Shown one piece after another: positions 39,801 through 53,100 of a DNA stretch of 64,000 nt. Every line of letters starts with the position of its first letter. Position 1 is the first letter of the stretch. The notes beneath the pieces are model-generated. The model had not been told where the DNA came from, ran no database searches, and was given only the letters and a program-made list of their open reading frames with translations. Origin of the DNA: Balanoglossus misakiensis (taxonomy: Eukaryota > Animalia > Hemichordata); contig CM082585.2 in assembly GCA_040954595.2 (NCBI GenBank), positions 8,263,404 to 8,327,403 of the forward strand, read 5' to 3'. A program made the translations under genes and the position numbers.

Positions 39801-42438
39801 TGACTTCTCGAGCTGATTGAGAACAAAAGAGGTTCAAGTACTTGTTACTATAAACGGTAAATCAAACTAATGCAAGGACATCACTTTCCCACCTCCCATT
39901 CTGAAGTTGTAAATCTGTAAACGCTGAGGAAACACCCGTACCTTTCGCATCGATTTTCTGCGAGTCTCTCTGCTGGGTTTCCCGCTCTCGCTGAAGCGAA
40001 GTACACTGTCTCCGAATTTCCTCTTTCAGCAATGCCGCCTTCAGTCTCAACCTCTCTCGTTCAGCCAGCTGCAAATGAAAGTCACCCTTTCTTAAAATGG
40101 CACCCTGAGGAAAATTATGACGTTGGATAACGTGAAAAGATTGTGACTTTGTCAGTTTGACAGACTACACGCAACTTACCAACTTTGCTTTGTCTCTGGA
40201 GAGCAGTAACTGTTTCTCAATGGCACTTTTGACTTTGCTGACAGTGGCTTCTGTCTGTTTTATTGCACGTTGATTTGTATGTATCCTACAGTGAGACAAA
40301 ACAGATCATCAGTCTTCAATGAAAACTACAGTACGTGGATGGACAGATACGGGTGTCACAAATTATGTTGTGGATTGAATACAGCACCCAGATAGAAATT
40401 TGGACTTTGTTCGATGGCACTGTATCTTGTTAATTAGCCACTTGTCTACTGTACCTATGAACTCAGTAGTCGGTAACACCTGTGAACTTTGACCTTACCT
40501 GTAAAGTGATGAGCTTGTATATGACTGCCTCACCGCGCTGGCTTCAACACTTAAAGTGCTCTGATACAGAGCGCTATCGTCATTTTTGTATTCCTGTTGA
40601 GAAAAAGAGAAAACTTTAATGAAATAATGATAATTTAAAATACATGTTATCTCTGAGCAATGAATGGATCTGTAACCTCTAAACAATGTCCTTGGTCATC
40701 TCAACTTACTTTTGAAGTGTCTGGGGCTCCATAAAAACCTTCAAACATACCAAATATGAGTGAGTTGGGAGGATAACCCTTTCCATCTTTGTAAATCTAC
40801 GCAGAAGAACGACAGAGAAACAGAATTAGAGAATTGCCTATTGTAATGTATCTTTCAGAAAAACAAACACATATCTTTACAGGCTAGGCACTATAAGCAC
40901 AATATACATTCTGTCGATAGTTTTTGAACTCATTTCAGACATGCCACATAAAATTTATGCTGGAGTGGAGGAGGGGGCATCTATTTCTTAATTTCACTTA
41001 CTTTGTCTCCAAGATACTTGAGTCCACTGAGACTGACTGTCCATTCAATGATAAGTTTGAAATTTTTGCTCTCTCCTCCCCATACCCTGACAACCAAATC
41101 TGGAAACAAGTTAAGGCTTGAACAGTTCGTACAGTGTTTTTTCTCAGAAATTTGCCAAAGGACTGTATTTAAGAGTACTGGTGGTGCATTTAAGTCAAAG
41201 CTGCATTTTCCTGTATCTGTTCAAAGACTCCTGTTCAGAAATGGGGGAAGGGGCATTCCATTGCTCCGTGGGGAAGAGGAACATTCCACTGCTATGGGGA
41301 GGGAAGCATTCCACTTCTCTGTGAAGTTTTGTAAGTATTTAAAAACACTGGCTGCTTCATAAAGGATACTTGCTGATGCTGTGTCCACTTCAGAAGTATT
41401 CTTGCTATTCAGATCAAAACTTCTCCATGTTGGATTCTGTAAGAAACAGCAATCAGTCAGTTCCATTGAAGAAGCCACCGAACAATTCAAATAATTTCTG
41501 CAGCAGCTTATGACAAGCAAATTCACACATCTTGAAAGAATACTTACTAGCGAATCCCGAATCTTCTCACTGGTGTAAAAAGCTGTTGAAGTTAATAAAA
41601 AAAACGGTCAGAGACTTCACATATGTCAGAACTTGGCAGTGGTATTAAATGAAATCACCGGCAATTTATCTCTAGATACTGTATCACCATTTACCTTGAC
41701 TCCTTTCTGTTAAATGCATTGTGAAGTAGGTTTCCATCAGTTTATCCTTCTGGCCTTTGCTTCTTTCAGCTGTGATGTTTCGTGCTGACAGACTACGCAA
41801 GTGACGCAATCGCCTCTATGAATCAAAGAACATCAGATCATAAACAGTATGAACTGCAGTTTCCGTTTCATGTAAATAATCTGGAGGTGGAAACGGATCT
41901 GGTTCTCTTAGTGGACACGACTATACCCATGGCAACGATACCATGGCAATGAGGGTGAGTTAGGGTTAGGGTTAGGAGGGTTAGGGGTGGCAATGTGAGG
42001 GTGAGTTTATCCCATACCCTAACCCTCCTAACCCTAACCCTAAAAAACCATGGTATCGCCATGGGGTATAGTCGTGTCCACTAAGAGAACCAGATCCGGT
42101 GGAAACACCCACAAACCCACCCCGGTCTGCGGGGAGTCTATGCAGTCAATTTATGGACCGAAAGCTTGCACTGATTGGCAGTGTACATGTCTTTGTTGTA
42201 CAATGGACGATTGTCGATGCAAATCGGCTGGCGGCTTGTTTAGGAACAATAAAGGGAAAACAAAAACAGTGAGGTCATAATGAGGTCACATCACACTGGA
42301 TCAGCCCACCGACACGAAAGTAACACACCTCCTGAACTCTTCCGTTCCATTTCCAAGGTTAGTTGCTGCGGTTAAACTTACCTGCTGCGTGATCAAATCA
42401 ACATGCATCATTCGAGCTGGATTATCCGTTGCAGACAT
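36827..42438 (-). CDS. UVRAG: UV radiation resistance-associated gene protein (UVRAG/Vps38), multi-exon
   Basis: Start [19 protein letters not shown]|[14 protein letters not shown] (42438). Later exons give [11 protein letters not shown]|[16 protein letters not shown]...LIIEW...[42 protein letters not shown]...[34 protein letters not shown]...[12 protein letters not shown]. The last exon, 36827-37748, is joined in phase 2 and is low-complexity. Confidence 0.93.
39336..39450. repeat. 58-bp tandem duplication in a UVRAG intron
   Basis: TGGATCATACAACTTTTATA(C/T)AGGGTAGCACTGCATGGTCATGGGGGTGACA(T/C)CCCC occurs at 39336 and again at 39394. Confidence 0.9.
41242..41315. repeat. Degenerate ~26-bp minisatellite (3 copies) in a UVRAG intron
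   Basis: A GGGGA..G..CATTCCA(C/T)T motif is repeated three times. Confidence 0.6.
41895..42097. mobile_element. MITE (non-autonomous DNA transposon) with long TIRs, internal TTAGGG/CCCTAA repeats and 9-bp TSD; MULE/Rehavkus-like
   Basis: TIRs GGATCTGGTTCTCTTAGTGGACACGACTATACCC... and ...GGGTATAGTCGTGTCCACTAAGAGAACCAGATCC. The direct repeat GGTGGAAAC flanks both sides (41886-41894, 42098-42106). Inner arms carry GTTAGGGTTAGGGTTAGGAGGGTTAGGG and its reverse complement. Confidence 0.88.
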
Positions 42439-44810
42439 GATTGTATGCTACCTTCTACATCGCAATTCATAGACGCATCGTCGGTGTTTTCTACATTTTG
42501 TCAACGTATCCAGCTCATCTCCGACTGCCATCCGCCATTTTTTCATGCTTTGGATCCAATTACGCATGCGTGTAAGTTGGCTCGATCAAGGCATATATAT
42601 TTAAAGTGTTATGATCATTATAAATGTGATAATAATTCGACAATACATTACAATATTTGATGAAAATATAGATATATCATTTTATAAGAATGTGTGCTTC
42701 AAATAATAACCTTTTCATCATTTCAAAATGTTCTCACGAAAGATACGTCCGAAGGAGGTGATAAACCGGATGTTGAGGTAACGCAGTCACCTGACTTTTC
42801 TTCATTGGAAGATCGTAGACTGGGAAAGTGGAAGTGGTCATCAACTCACGAGTTCCTGACTTCCCTTCGCGTGTTTAGTCTTTGTTTCTTTTAGAAATGG
42901 TAAGTACTGTTTTGTCGAGATTTCGCCAAAGAACCCAGCTTCGCCAGAAGTGTAACGTTGACGCTTGTCCAGTGTTGTGTGGTCTGTCGCTGGCGCTGGC
43001 TCCGGTCCCAAGGCCAAGACCTTCGGCTTCGTGTAATGTGTGACTGTGAATCACAGATACATGAACGTGCATTACGTGTGCGTGCAAAGCTTGCCCATGC
43101 ATATGTAACTTAAGTGTCAACTTTCAATCAAAGAAAGTTTCTCACGTTCAAATGATTTCACTGAATTTTTCAGACGAGTCCAGTAACGCAGAGTCTTGAG
43201 AGGATACCAGACCAGCTTGGTTATCTTGTTATTAATGATGAAGGGGCTGTCATGGCGGTATGTTACTTATCTGTGTACTGTGTGGACATCAATCTGTCAC
43301 TCTTCGCAATCAAGTAGTGTGAGGATAACAAATTGAAGGTTCTGTAGCTGGTATCTGAATCTGAAAATTCTAAAATGTTCGTCCTTTTTTGTTTGCAGTC
43401 GTCCGGCGAGTTGGAGAATGATGAGAGAGTGGCGGGGATTGTCATGAATATGGTCAACATGGCTGGCAGGGTACAACTATCCCCAGATAAAAGTGAACCC
43501 TTCAAACGCTTATCGGGTTTGTAGACTTTGAAATATCATAAACATGTTAAAAATCAAACAACTGCAGCAACTGTGATCACTTTTAAGTTGAGGTAGTATG
43601 TGCCTTCGAACTTTCCTTTCCAACATTTACACCCTGCTATTAAGTAGGGACTTGTATTTTTCCTTGAAGGGAAAATAATAATACACTGATTCATTGATAT
43701 TTTTATTTTTCTCTCTTTTTCCAGTGGTGTTTGATACTTACATGTATGTTATCACTATATCAAATCACAAAGTCTACGTTTGCAAGAGGAAATACATTCC
43801 ATCGGAACCATTGAATATATAGATTTTGACAGGAGGCATCAAAGGCAGAACATTCATTTACGCTTAAAAGTGTTTCACTACTTCAACTTGTCTGTAGTAG
43901 AAGTTGTATGGCACAGAATTTGATAAAGCGGGCCGACTTCTAGTTCTTCCCTGAAGGCAAAGTTGCCTTGTTCGTAGCATTTCTGGCTAGTAGAGCGCCA
44001 CCAGGTGGCCATTCTATGAATTTCTTTTTGATAAATGTTGGCGATCTTGCAAGCGGACAATACTGCCAGTTGATTAAATAGTTGTTATTCTTGTTTTTTT
44101 TTCTCTTTTATCAGCTGTATAATTTATGTGTATCCTGGAGAAATGTGAAATATCCATTATGAAACAGTTGCAAAATACATGTATATGATATTTTATAACA
44201 ATTTGTTTGACCATTGTTAGTCATTCTGTCTTAGTATGTTAAAGATATACAGTCACGTATGCAAAATTAGACTTGTCTCAATCCAAGTGCAAGTTCATGC
44301 GATGCCAGACAGCCATTGAGTACTTTCTTTTTATTGAAAGATTGCCAAGTCTGCAAATGCCCCTATGAGCTCATTAAATAAATTGAGCCAATTTTCCAGG
44401 ATATGTTTGAAGATTATGGAACACCACACCACCCAGTACCATGCCCGTGTTGAATTCTGAAGTGAAATATCAGCTCCGACACCAGACTTCTCGTCAACAG
44501 AGCACAAATAAACACCAAATTCCAAAATAAAATTCCTTTTAATTTATAAATTACTCAGAATAGTTTACACATCTACGATAAGAATACACACAGGTCATTA
44601 AAACTCTCTAAACATTACTTAAAGTGCAGACATTGCGATCACATTACGAAGATAAACTATAAACTCTACAAACTATACAGATTAAAAAAATCCGTGATTG
44701 GCCAATGACGTCTACAGGTCAATATTGCTTGTTTACCATTCCACTGAAAACAAAGAAGGAAAAAAGTCAATTCAGATATTTGTCTCCTGCCGTTAGATTA
44801 CACTGAGAAT

Positions 44811-45427
44811 TTATAGGAAACCATTGAGTGCGCTCGCTGCGCAGGGAGAGCGCCCTAAAAAACGGATTGTCCAGTCTACCTCTACAGAGGCCACTGTAAA
44901 AGTACATGTGTAAACTTCTGATGAGAAACAATATTTCATTTCTCATACCCCCCCCCCAGTCCTTCTTACCAGTGAATGCCACAGTGACTGCACAGACCGC
45001 CGCTCCGACAAGCAAGATGGCAAACAGCACCCACTTATCATTTGTGTCCATACTACTCCAGCCCCACGAGCCTTCTGGTCTGTAATCGTCAGCGTTAGTA
45101 TCGTTGGTAGCCCGGTTGAATTCACTCTGCAAAGATAGTCAGAGATTGTAACATAGGGCATTTTAATGACTTTTACAGGTTTTTCAAAACGTGCCACATA
45201 TTCACGCGTGCGCTTTGAAAGAAACAACGCTGAAAGACAGTAGGCGTATACGGCATACGTCAGAGGTTCATGGCGACTACGAAAGAACTGTAGAAGAATG
45301 TATGTCATATGTAAACGCCAACAAGTTTCACTACTACACCACTACTAGGCACTAGATGTTGGAATCGAAGTCGTAGTTATGTTAGCGACTGTCTTGGCAT
45401 ATCTATACGTACCTCCGGCGTTGGCAT
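44811..45427 (-). CDS. Candidate small single-pass membrane protein (84 aa), 3 exons
   Basis: Exons 45413-45427, 44970-45126 and 44811-44893 have canonical, phase-compatible GT-AG sites: MPTPE|SEFNRATNDTNADDYRPEGSWGWSSMDTNDKWVLFAILLVGAAVCAVTVAFT|VASVEVDWTIRFLGRSPCAASALNGFL*. One hydrophobic helix; minus-strand AATAAA near 44330. No recognised homology. Confidence 0.5.
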
Positions 45428-47107
45428 ATCTACGACTTCTTGGGTCTATACGAAGGAAAATTGGTTGGATAGTGAAATACAATTTGCGTGTTGTTCTGGG
45501 TCAATCTGTCACGGCACCATGACATGACCCTGAAAGTCCTTAAACTGGGCACGCGCAAAACGAAGTAAATATGACCACTTGAGGAGGAGAACTTAAACAT
45601 TGACCCAGTTTCTTGTTAGAGGTCCGTATAACGTTCGAACGGATCTGTATGCTTTCTGCTTGTCTTTAAAACTGGCTTTCTTACAATATGCATAATCCTA
45701 TATAAAATAAACTTCAAAATGGGATATGGATTATGCCTGGGAATATTCTGTGTTCTTGTGTTAAAAAGAACTAAATACTTCCACATCAAAGAATTTTCAA
45801 CAGGTATGATACCTGTTCATTTTTATGACGCCATCAAAACTTGTTTGCCGTCACTCTATTCACAATAGAGAAAGCAATACGCATACACCCATCACTGTGC
45901 TCGGCCCAAGTGACGCAAACTGGCGTGCGGCATATTAATCACTACTAAGTACTACGTGTGCCCTTCAACCGGAGCCAACTCGTTTGAGGATCTAAACTAT
46001 TCAGAGAGGGGCAGGTCCTGAGGCGTGCCGAATCTAAGGCGCACCCTTCAAAACAGAGGCTCAACATTTTTATATGATACGCGTTGTCTTTGCAATATCG
46101 TTTGTATGCATTCATGTATGTACTAGTATATTCTAAAATCCCATTGATGCCCACCTGTTTAAAGATAGGATGAAACACGCATGTTCGGGATTACTGTTTT
46201 TGATGATTTATCTGCAGGTGACATCGTCACTGGTGTTGTGTCTGGTCAAACTTTGAACAGATTATAATCTTCCGGATGAACACAGACGTCACAAAGGGTG
46301 GACATGGTCGGCGAATTGCCAACTTCGCTATAAAGCTATGTGGTAATAGACCTGTTGTGTTCTCTGAAAGAAGCTTTGTAGAAATGCCAAACAGATCAGC
46401 TCGCTCAGTCATGTCGAACACCAGAAAGACAATATTTACAGTCGGGTCGGAAGAAAAGTCACGTCATCCTTTCTTTATGTTAAATACGTAACAAACGTTT
46501 GTTGAAAAGTGTCCGCCAAGACGACTACATGCTGTTTAAAAGGACGTTGACTTGTGGAACATGTGGGAACGTTAGGGTGGGGTTAGTTTAATCACAGATA
46601 GTAGAAGATAGAAATTGGAACAATTTCAGTGAACATTGCGCATTGTTAACTTGGGCGTAATCTTATTGTACATCTGCCCTGACATATCTCTCAAAATGTT
46701 TACATGTACTGTTAAAAGTTGTTCGCCCTCTATCGGTCACCAATGCTAGAGCGTATAGCATGTCTGTATAATTTGCTAATTTCCTTGTCAACAGTCCAAG
46801 GAGAAATTACTTCTACAGTACGCTTCGCCGAGTGGTGCGGAGACGACGATCCAAATTCCGTTGACCGTCACCGACGATATTACGGCACGCCCCCTCCGCG
46901 ACAGTGGTGCGGTCCGTACCATTCCCGACCGTGTCATCATCATCACTGTGTTTATTGTATGTAGCACCAAAGGTAAAACGAATAGTATAGTGTTGTATTG
47001 TAGTGGAACTGGTTTATCTGTGCTGGTTTAATATAAACCTGTGGTCATAGCGAATATTGTACTATACGTCTGCTACGAAACACAGCTTCGAACTGCTGAT
47101 ATATACG

Positions 47108-50100
47108 ATGTCATCTCCACCGAAGTCCCCCTCGTCACCGAGTTCACGGTCTCCCAAAGTGGGCAAACTGATCGACACGATACGAAACTCACCAGCGTTC
47201 ATACGGAAACACATGCACGGGCACCGAGAAGACAGCTCCGGGAAGGGGGACGCGTCGCCGGTGTTTTACGCGCAGTACATGGGCAAGGAAGAGGTGTCCA
47301 ACCTGAGGTTTCGCCACTGCAACGACGTCGTCGATCATCTGATCGGGACCGCGAAAAGCGACCCCGGCAAGAAATTGAGGAAGTGCACTATACGGGTGCG
47401 AAAGTTGAGCATCGACATCGAGCTGTCGCACTCCAAGGAATGTACGCAGATCCCGCTGCACAATATAGCGTACTGCGCGGCTGACATGAAATTTCCCAAG
47501 GTGTTCACGTTCATTGCCAAGGACAACGAACAAAACGGAAACCTGGTCTGTTACGCGTTCTTATGTAACAAGCAGGAAAAGGCCCGGGCTATGACACTGT
47601 GCCTCAGCAAGGCCTTCGAGACGGCCTTTCTCGAGTGGCAGCAGTCGAAACAGCGGACTTCGAGACTATCACACATACACAACCACGGTGCTAGTGCGTC
47701 GTCGCACCGGGCCAAGCCCGCTGGCAGGCCGGCGGACGGGGCTTGCTGTAACCCGGAAACAACAGGTATGTCGTTGCCCCAATTCGTGCGTTTCTACATG
47801 CATGTAAGTCAAAATGAAGGCCATGGTGATAAAAATCAAATCTCTTATCCATTCGACCTCGAGTTCACTACGGTACTGCCTTCGTCGTAATTTATTTCGC
47901 AAATGTCATTATTTCCAAAAAGGCCATGACTGCATCATAGAGACACAGAATGCTAAAAGGGGCGACTTGTGTCAAAAAGAGGAATTATATTGTACACTAC
48001 TGCCACTTGATCATTAATGTTCTGGTTAAACGTTAAACTTTTCCCTGACAGCTGTATGCGAGATGGCTATATATTCACGATCGCTCCTTCCAATACATAC
48101 TAAATACTAGTAAATTATTTTAGGAAAGTTTATAGGGTACGGGCTGCAGTTACAGTCTTATGACAGGCGAAAAGTGGAGGTTCGACGTGCAGTACATACA
48201 CACAGGCACCGCCGTAGTTGAGCGCAGTGTAGAATAAGCATACCTTTCGATGGGTACATAGGCATGCATGGAGGTCAACGAACCGTCTCGGTTGCAATAT
48301 TTAAAGTGCTTACATGTGTGTATGTTGTCTGTGCTACTGGGCGTCCCTACTCCAGTTGCCTCGTGAATTCAGCACGTGTTTCTGAAAGACATATTCCCGT
48401 ATGGACACAACTGTAGTCTGATCATGAATGAATGATTGATTTGAACTATGGTCAGAAAAGAGCCCTCGCCTACTCAACCTATGGTTGTAACAGCAATCGG
48501 GTCGGAATGAAGAACACTCTTTCTTTTGTAGTCAAATTATCCGTGACATAATAATGAAGAGTCGGGCGTAGGTGACATTGAAAGTGATATCAACTAATTA
48601 CGCAACGCACACGTTGCGTAATTTTGTTGAGCGCCCGACGCAGTCATTAGTGAAGTCTTACTTCCCAATATAAATAATATGGTCTTCACTTCTCTCCGCT
48701 CAGTAATTTAGCATCGCCGAGTCTTTTTGTTGTGTTTCGAATGCGGTTTGCGTGTAATACTCGCCCAGAATTCAGGCCTACCAAAATCAACACACAAGCG
48801 TAAAGTCGACAGTCGGCATTGTTAATTGCGATTATCACCTTGGCAGATTCGGTATTCCTCCAGTAGTGTTGCACAAAACGTGATAATTCTGCTGAACGTG
48901 ATAACACGGTTAAAAAGCAGCATCGTCAGTACAGACCATGGAGGTACATGGTACAGGCAGTGTCGCTTGTGTTTGCAGTGATGTCACTGGTGCCAAATGT
49001 GCAGGTGGTAAGCGGAAGGAGAAGGGGTTAATCGCTAATGTAACTGCAGTAGAAATGTCAAAGCGCGTGTCACAAAAGACAGCGTCCCCCATATTAAAAG
49101 CCAGTAAGAACTGTTACGGCGAATTGAATGATTCTTGCGTTATTTGCAGGACCAGCACTTTTTTGTGAACACGATATAAAAACTGCTGTCCTCGCAAACC
49201 TGAATGCTGTAATAAAATTTCCAATAAAACTGCAATAAAACTAATGTGGAGAAATTACCTCGCTTGATCTATTTTGACATTAAGTGCCTGAGACGTGCGT
49301 TTATGGAGGTAGAACAGTTAACATGAACAATTTCAAATAATGAGAGCCCCTGATCCTCGATTATAATAAACGCCGATGAATGTTATTTTGACCATGTTTT
49401 GTCCCTTTTCACTCAATTTGCTGCCTTTTCCTGGTCTCCGACACAGACCATAGTCGCTGCCATCTTGTCTGTCGTTAGGACAGCACACTGCCTTATGGCA
49501 TTGTACGTTGGCCATTTTGAGACACACGATATCGCACTTATGAATGCTAAAGATAGAGTCAGCAGAGACAATCGTAGACGTGAATCGTGTCCAGTGTTTA
49601 CAATTGACACCTGGTCGATCAACCGATATAGAATTTACGCCGTGAATGTGCCATTTGGGGGCATTGTAAATCAAGTAATACATTTGTATGAGCCTGAGTG
49701 AAATGTGCTCAAAACTGCATTACCGCCGAATGTAGAAACAGCAACCAAGCAAGACCGACGGAATACTAATGTGGTGCGCTGTCAAATTGTCTTGGTGCAG
49801 TTGAAATTTTGTACTCAATACGTGATACACACACCTGTGAGTGTTGGCAGTGTGAGTAATGAATTCGCTGTAGCTTTTAAGGTCATACACACGTGCAGCC
49901 GCGATAACAGATCGCATATAGACCAGTTTCACTGCTAAGCGAAATTTAAATGGAGATCACACCTCGGGGACATCTTTTCAGAAAAAAACACGAAAAATCT
50001 CTTAACCTTTCAGAAGACTCCCTCTATGGCCAATTTAATTCATCATTTTTACCGGATTAAATGCACTGATTTATTTGTCATGTGAATATGCCCTCTACGA

Positions 50101-53100
50101 CGATATTCAGACAACTGAAGTTTTCTGGTGAGAGTGTCTGGTGAAACACAGAAGAAAAGATGCGCCCAAGGTCGCACAGAAAAAATGCAGCTAATGACTC
50201 AAATCTGACATCTGATGGTTAATTGATATACTCTGCAAATGCCAGGTGTGCGATCGACCCCTCGGCGGTCGTTGTAGATACTCTGTAAACACAGCGTCGC
50301 TAGGTTGCGTGCATGTATACGATTTCGTCTGCCCCAAGTGCTCGCATCGCTTAGCGTAATACTGTTTCCATGGCTATTAATCAATAACTGCGCGCCAGCA
50401 CACACAGTTTACGTAACCGGAGACGGCATGTACGCCTGTGATCAGAATTTCGCTAACTGCACGTACGTCAGTCAATCACAGGAGATCGACACGGAAAAGC
50501 GATGACGTCAGGGCAGTCTAAACGACTCCACGACCTGGTAATTGGCTATATATGTATTTTAGGGGCATGTGGTAAGATGTACACCGCCATGTCATGTACA
50601 CAAATATAAGAATATACGATAGACCAGGTAGTTTAAACCGGAGGTCACAAATATATCCTTGGATGGCCCACAATACAAGACTTTGGGTTGTCATTAACAG
50701 TAAATATCAAATCACGAACAATGCATGGCTATATATTTATTCCATTAGTGCGTTCAGACTTCTCTACTTCTTGTTATCAATAGCCATTTATCATCCGATG
50801 TCTTAGATAATAGGTCCATTATGACTTGTACAACTCCGACGACCGTGCGCGACTGCCATACATTTGATCCATCTGATCCATTTCAAATCAAGAAAATGAA
50901 AAATTACGCTTAATGATGTATAAAATTGAGATGTTTATATAAGAGAAATAAATAAACACGCCGACTGAGTTGTCTGAAAAGACAAAGAGTTGAAAGAGTT
51001 TCGCCCGAATGCGATTCGTGCTGCAGAACTCTATTCATCAGATCCGTCGAATGTGGCGGTTTGCACATGCTCTGAACTTGAATGAAGAAAATGCATCCGC
51101 CATTCGCGTTTCCTTTTCTCTGTTCCTTGCATTCTAGTATCCCCAATTACCCACTTCTTTCCACCAACGTTTTTAATGGTGTACTCCATTAAGTACCACA
51201 GAAAATCAATTATTTAGACTCATATTTCCATGTTGTCCTCATTATTGTAGTTGTTCCCAGGTAACGTGTCTCGAGGCGCATAGTTGACCGTCCGGTGAAA
51301 ACAAGCCGCAGCCATACATAAATCGCTTTGGGTAAAACGAGCAGACGTTTATTGTCAAGACAGATGATTAGGCCTATAGTAATACATTTTTAAATATGCA
51401 TCTTTTGTTTTGCAATTTTTAACAATGATACAGCGTCGTACTTTGCCGAGTGTACTAAATTCAAATCCGTTAGGTCTAACTTTGAAGAATATAAATGCTT
51501 GCGAAGCCCGGTGAAAATGGTCGACTGGTTGTTGAATCGCCTTACTCTTACATTACCGCTGCTGCAAGCCATGTAGAGTCACAGTTAATTATTTCCGACT
51601 TCTCCAATCAGCTCTAAAATATCAAACCCTCGGCCGAATATCTCCCCTGTAACCAATCCCCAACGAAACGGAACAATATATTCCTAAATTAACTACATGG
51701 AAGTGTTTCCAGAGTCTTTATCGCTACAGCCGAAGCTTAGGCAGCCCACGCGGGACCGGTTTGTAATCTCGTAATATTGACAACTTAATCTTGGGCTGCC
51801 TTTAATCTCGCCGGGATTGATGCTTCGTCCGCCCGAAGGCGAGATGTAAGAACTCGTTGTGTGCATAAAACAGGGAGCTTAGTTTTTTTGTATATGCAAT
51901 GGCGGTGGCCACTACCTTAAATAGGTTTTTGCCACCTAGGCGAGTGATAAAAATCTCACGGTCGACAGAATTTCAAGATGGCAGATTTCTGCCATGTTTA
52001 ACAAATGGAAGTTCTTAAAAAATTTATTCAGTGAATCAAATTCACCCCGCCTGGCATGTTTTGCAACGCGGTCTTGTAGAAAGACGATGAAGATGAGTTC
52101 AGTGAAAGCGTGACTACTCACAATAGTTCTCAGCGTGATTCCTGACTGACGCATTGCAATCTGTTTTTATGACCCGACTGAATGAATGTTTCAACATCTC
52201 GCCTCAGAACGTGAAAGATGCATTTGTCTGTATACAGCACGTTCTGGGTAATGGGGAACTAGCTGTAGCCTGCGCGGCTAGCTTCCAACTTGTATGTGAG
52301 AAAAAAACTATTGTTCGATAGAGGTGTACCCGTCGTTGGTGAACGGAACATGTTTTAATGGCCTGCTGATATGCTTCGTCAACTTTCCAAGTTTCCACAA
52401 CTGAAATCGAACAAACGGCAACAGAACGGCGAATAATCCGTTAACCTTTTTTTTCCAAATTGGCGGTTCTTTGTTGTTGGGGTGCCCGTTATCGTTCGTT
52501 ATCGTTGACCCCCACTTCGTATTCTGACCTTCGGCGAGACATGCTAAGTGTTCTCCCGAGAAAAGTAATACCAAGGATTTCAGGCATTTTATGTCCCAAG
52601 TGTCGTCTGCATCAACACTACACGCATATTGCATGCTATCGGAATCCTTTCGCGCCCATTAATCGGCGACTTGATATTCGAGTAATTTCTTGCCACGGCG
52701 GAATAGACGCAGCTGTGTTGCTACTTAAGCACGGAATATAAGTTTCAGCCCGCTGACAGGGATGTAGCAGATGTACAGTAAACGTTTACGGCTACATCTC
52801 CGCATCACGAATCCATAAAGGCACGGCCTACCCTGAAGATAATATGTTATTAAAGCTGGCAACGCCACCGTATTAAAGTAAAGCACGTCGACTTTCACTT
52901 GTCTCAAAGTGCGTGCAAGTTTTATTTTACAATCCTTGATGGTCTAACCTGGCGACAAAATATATGAACCCTACAGGATGGCATTTTGTACCAAGAATGA
53001 TTAGTTCCAGACTCGGCGCAGTCGTTTAAATACGTCAGACTCCGTCGTGACTGATTGGATTGGCAGGAACTAATGTAATTGGAACGGGAAAGAAAATTAT

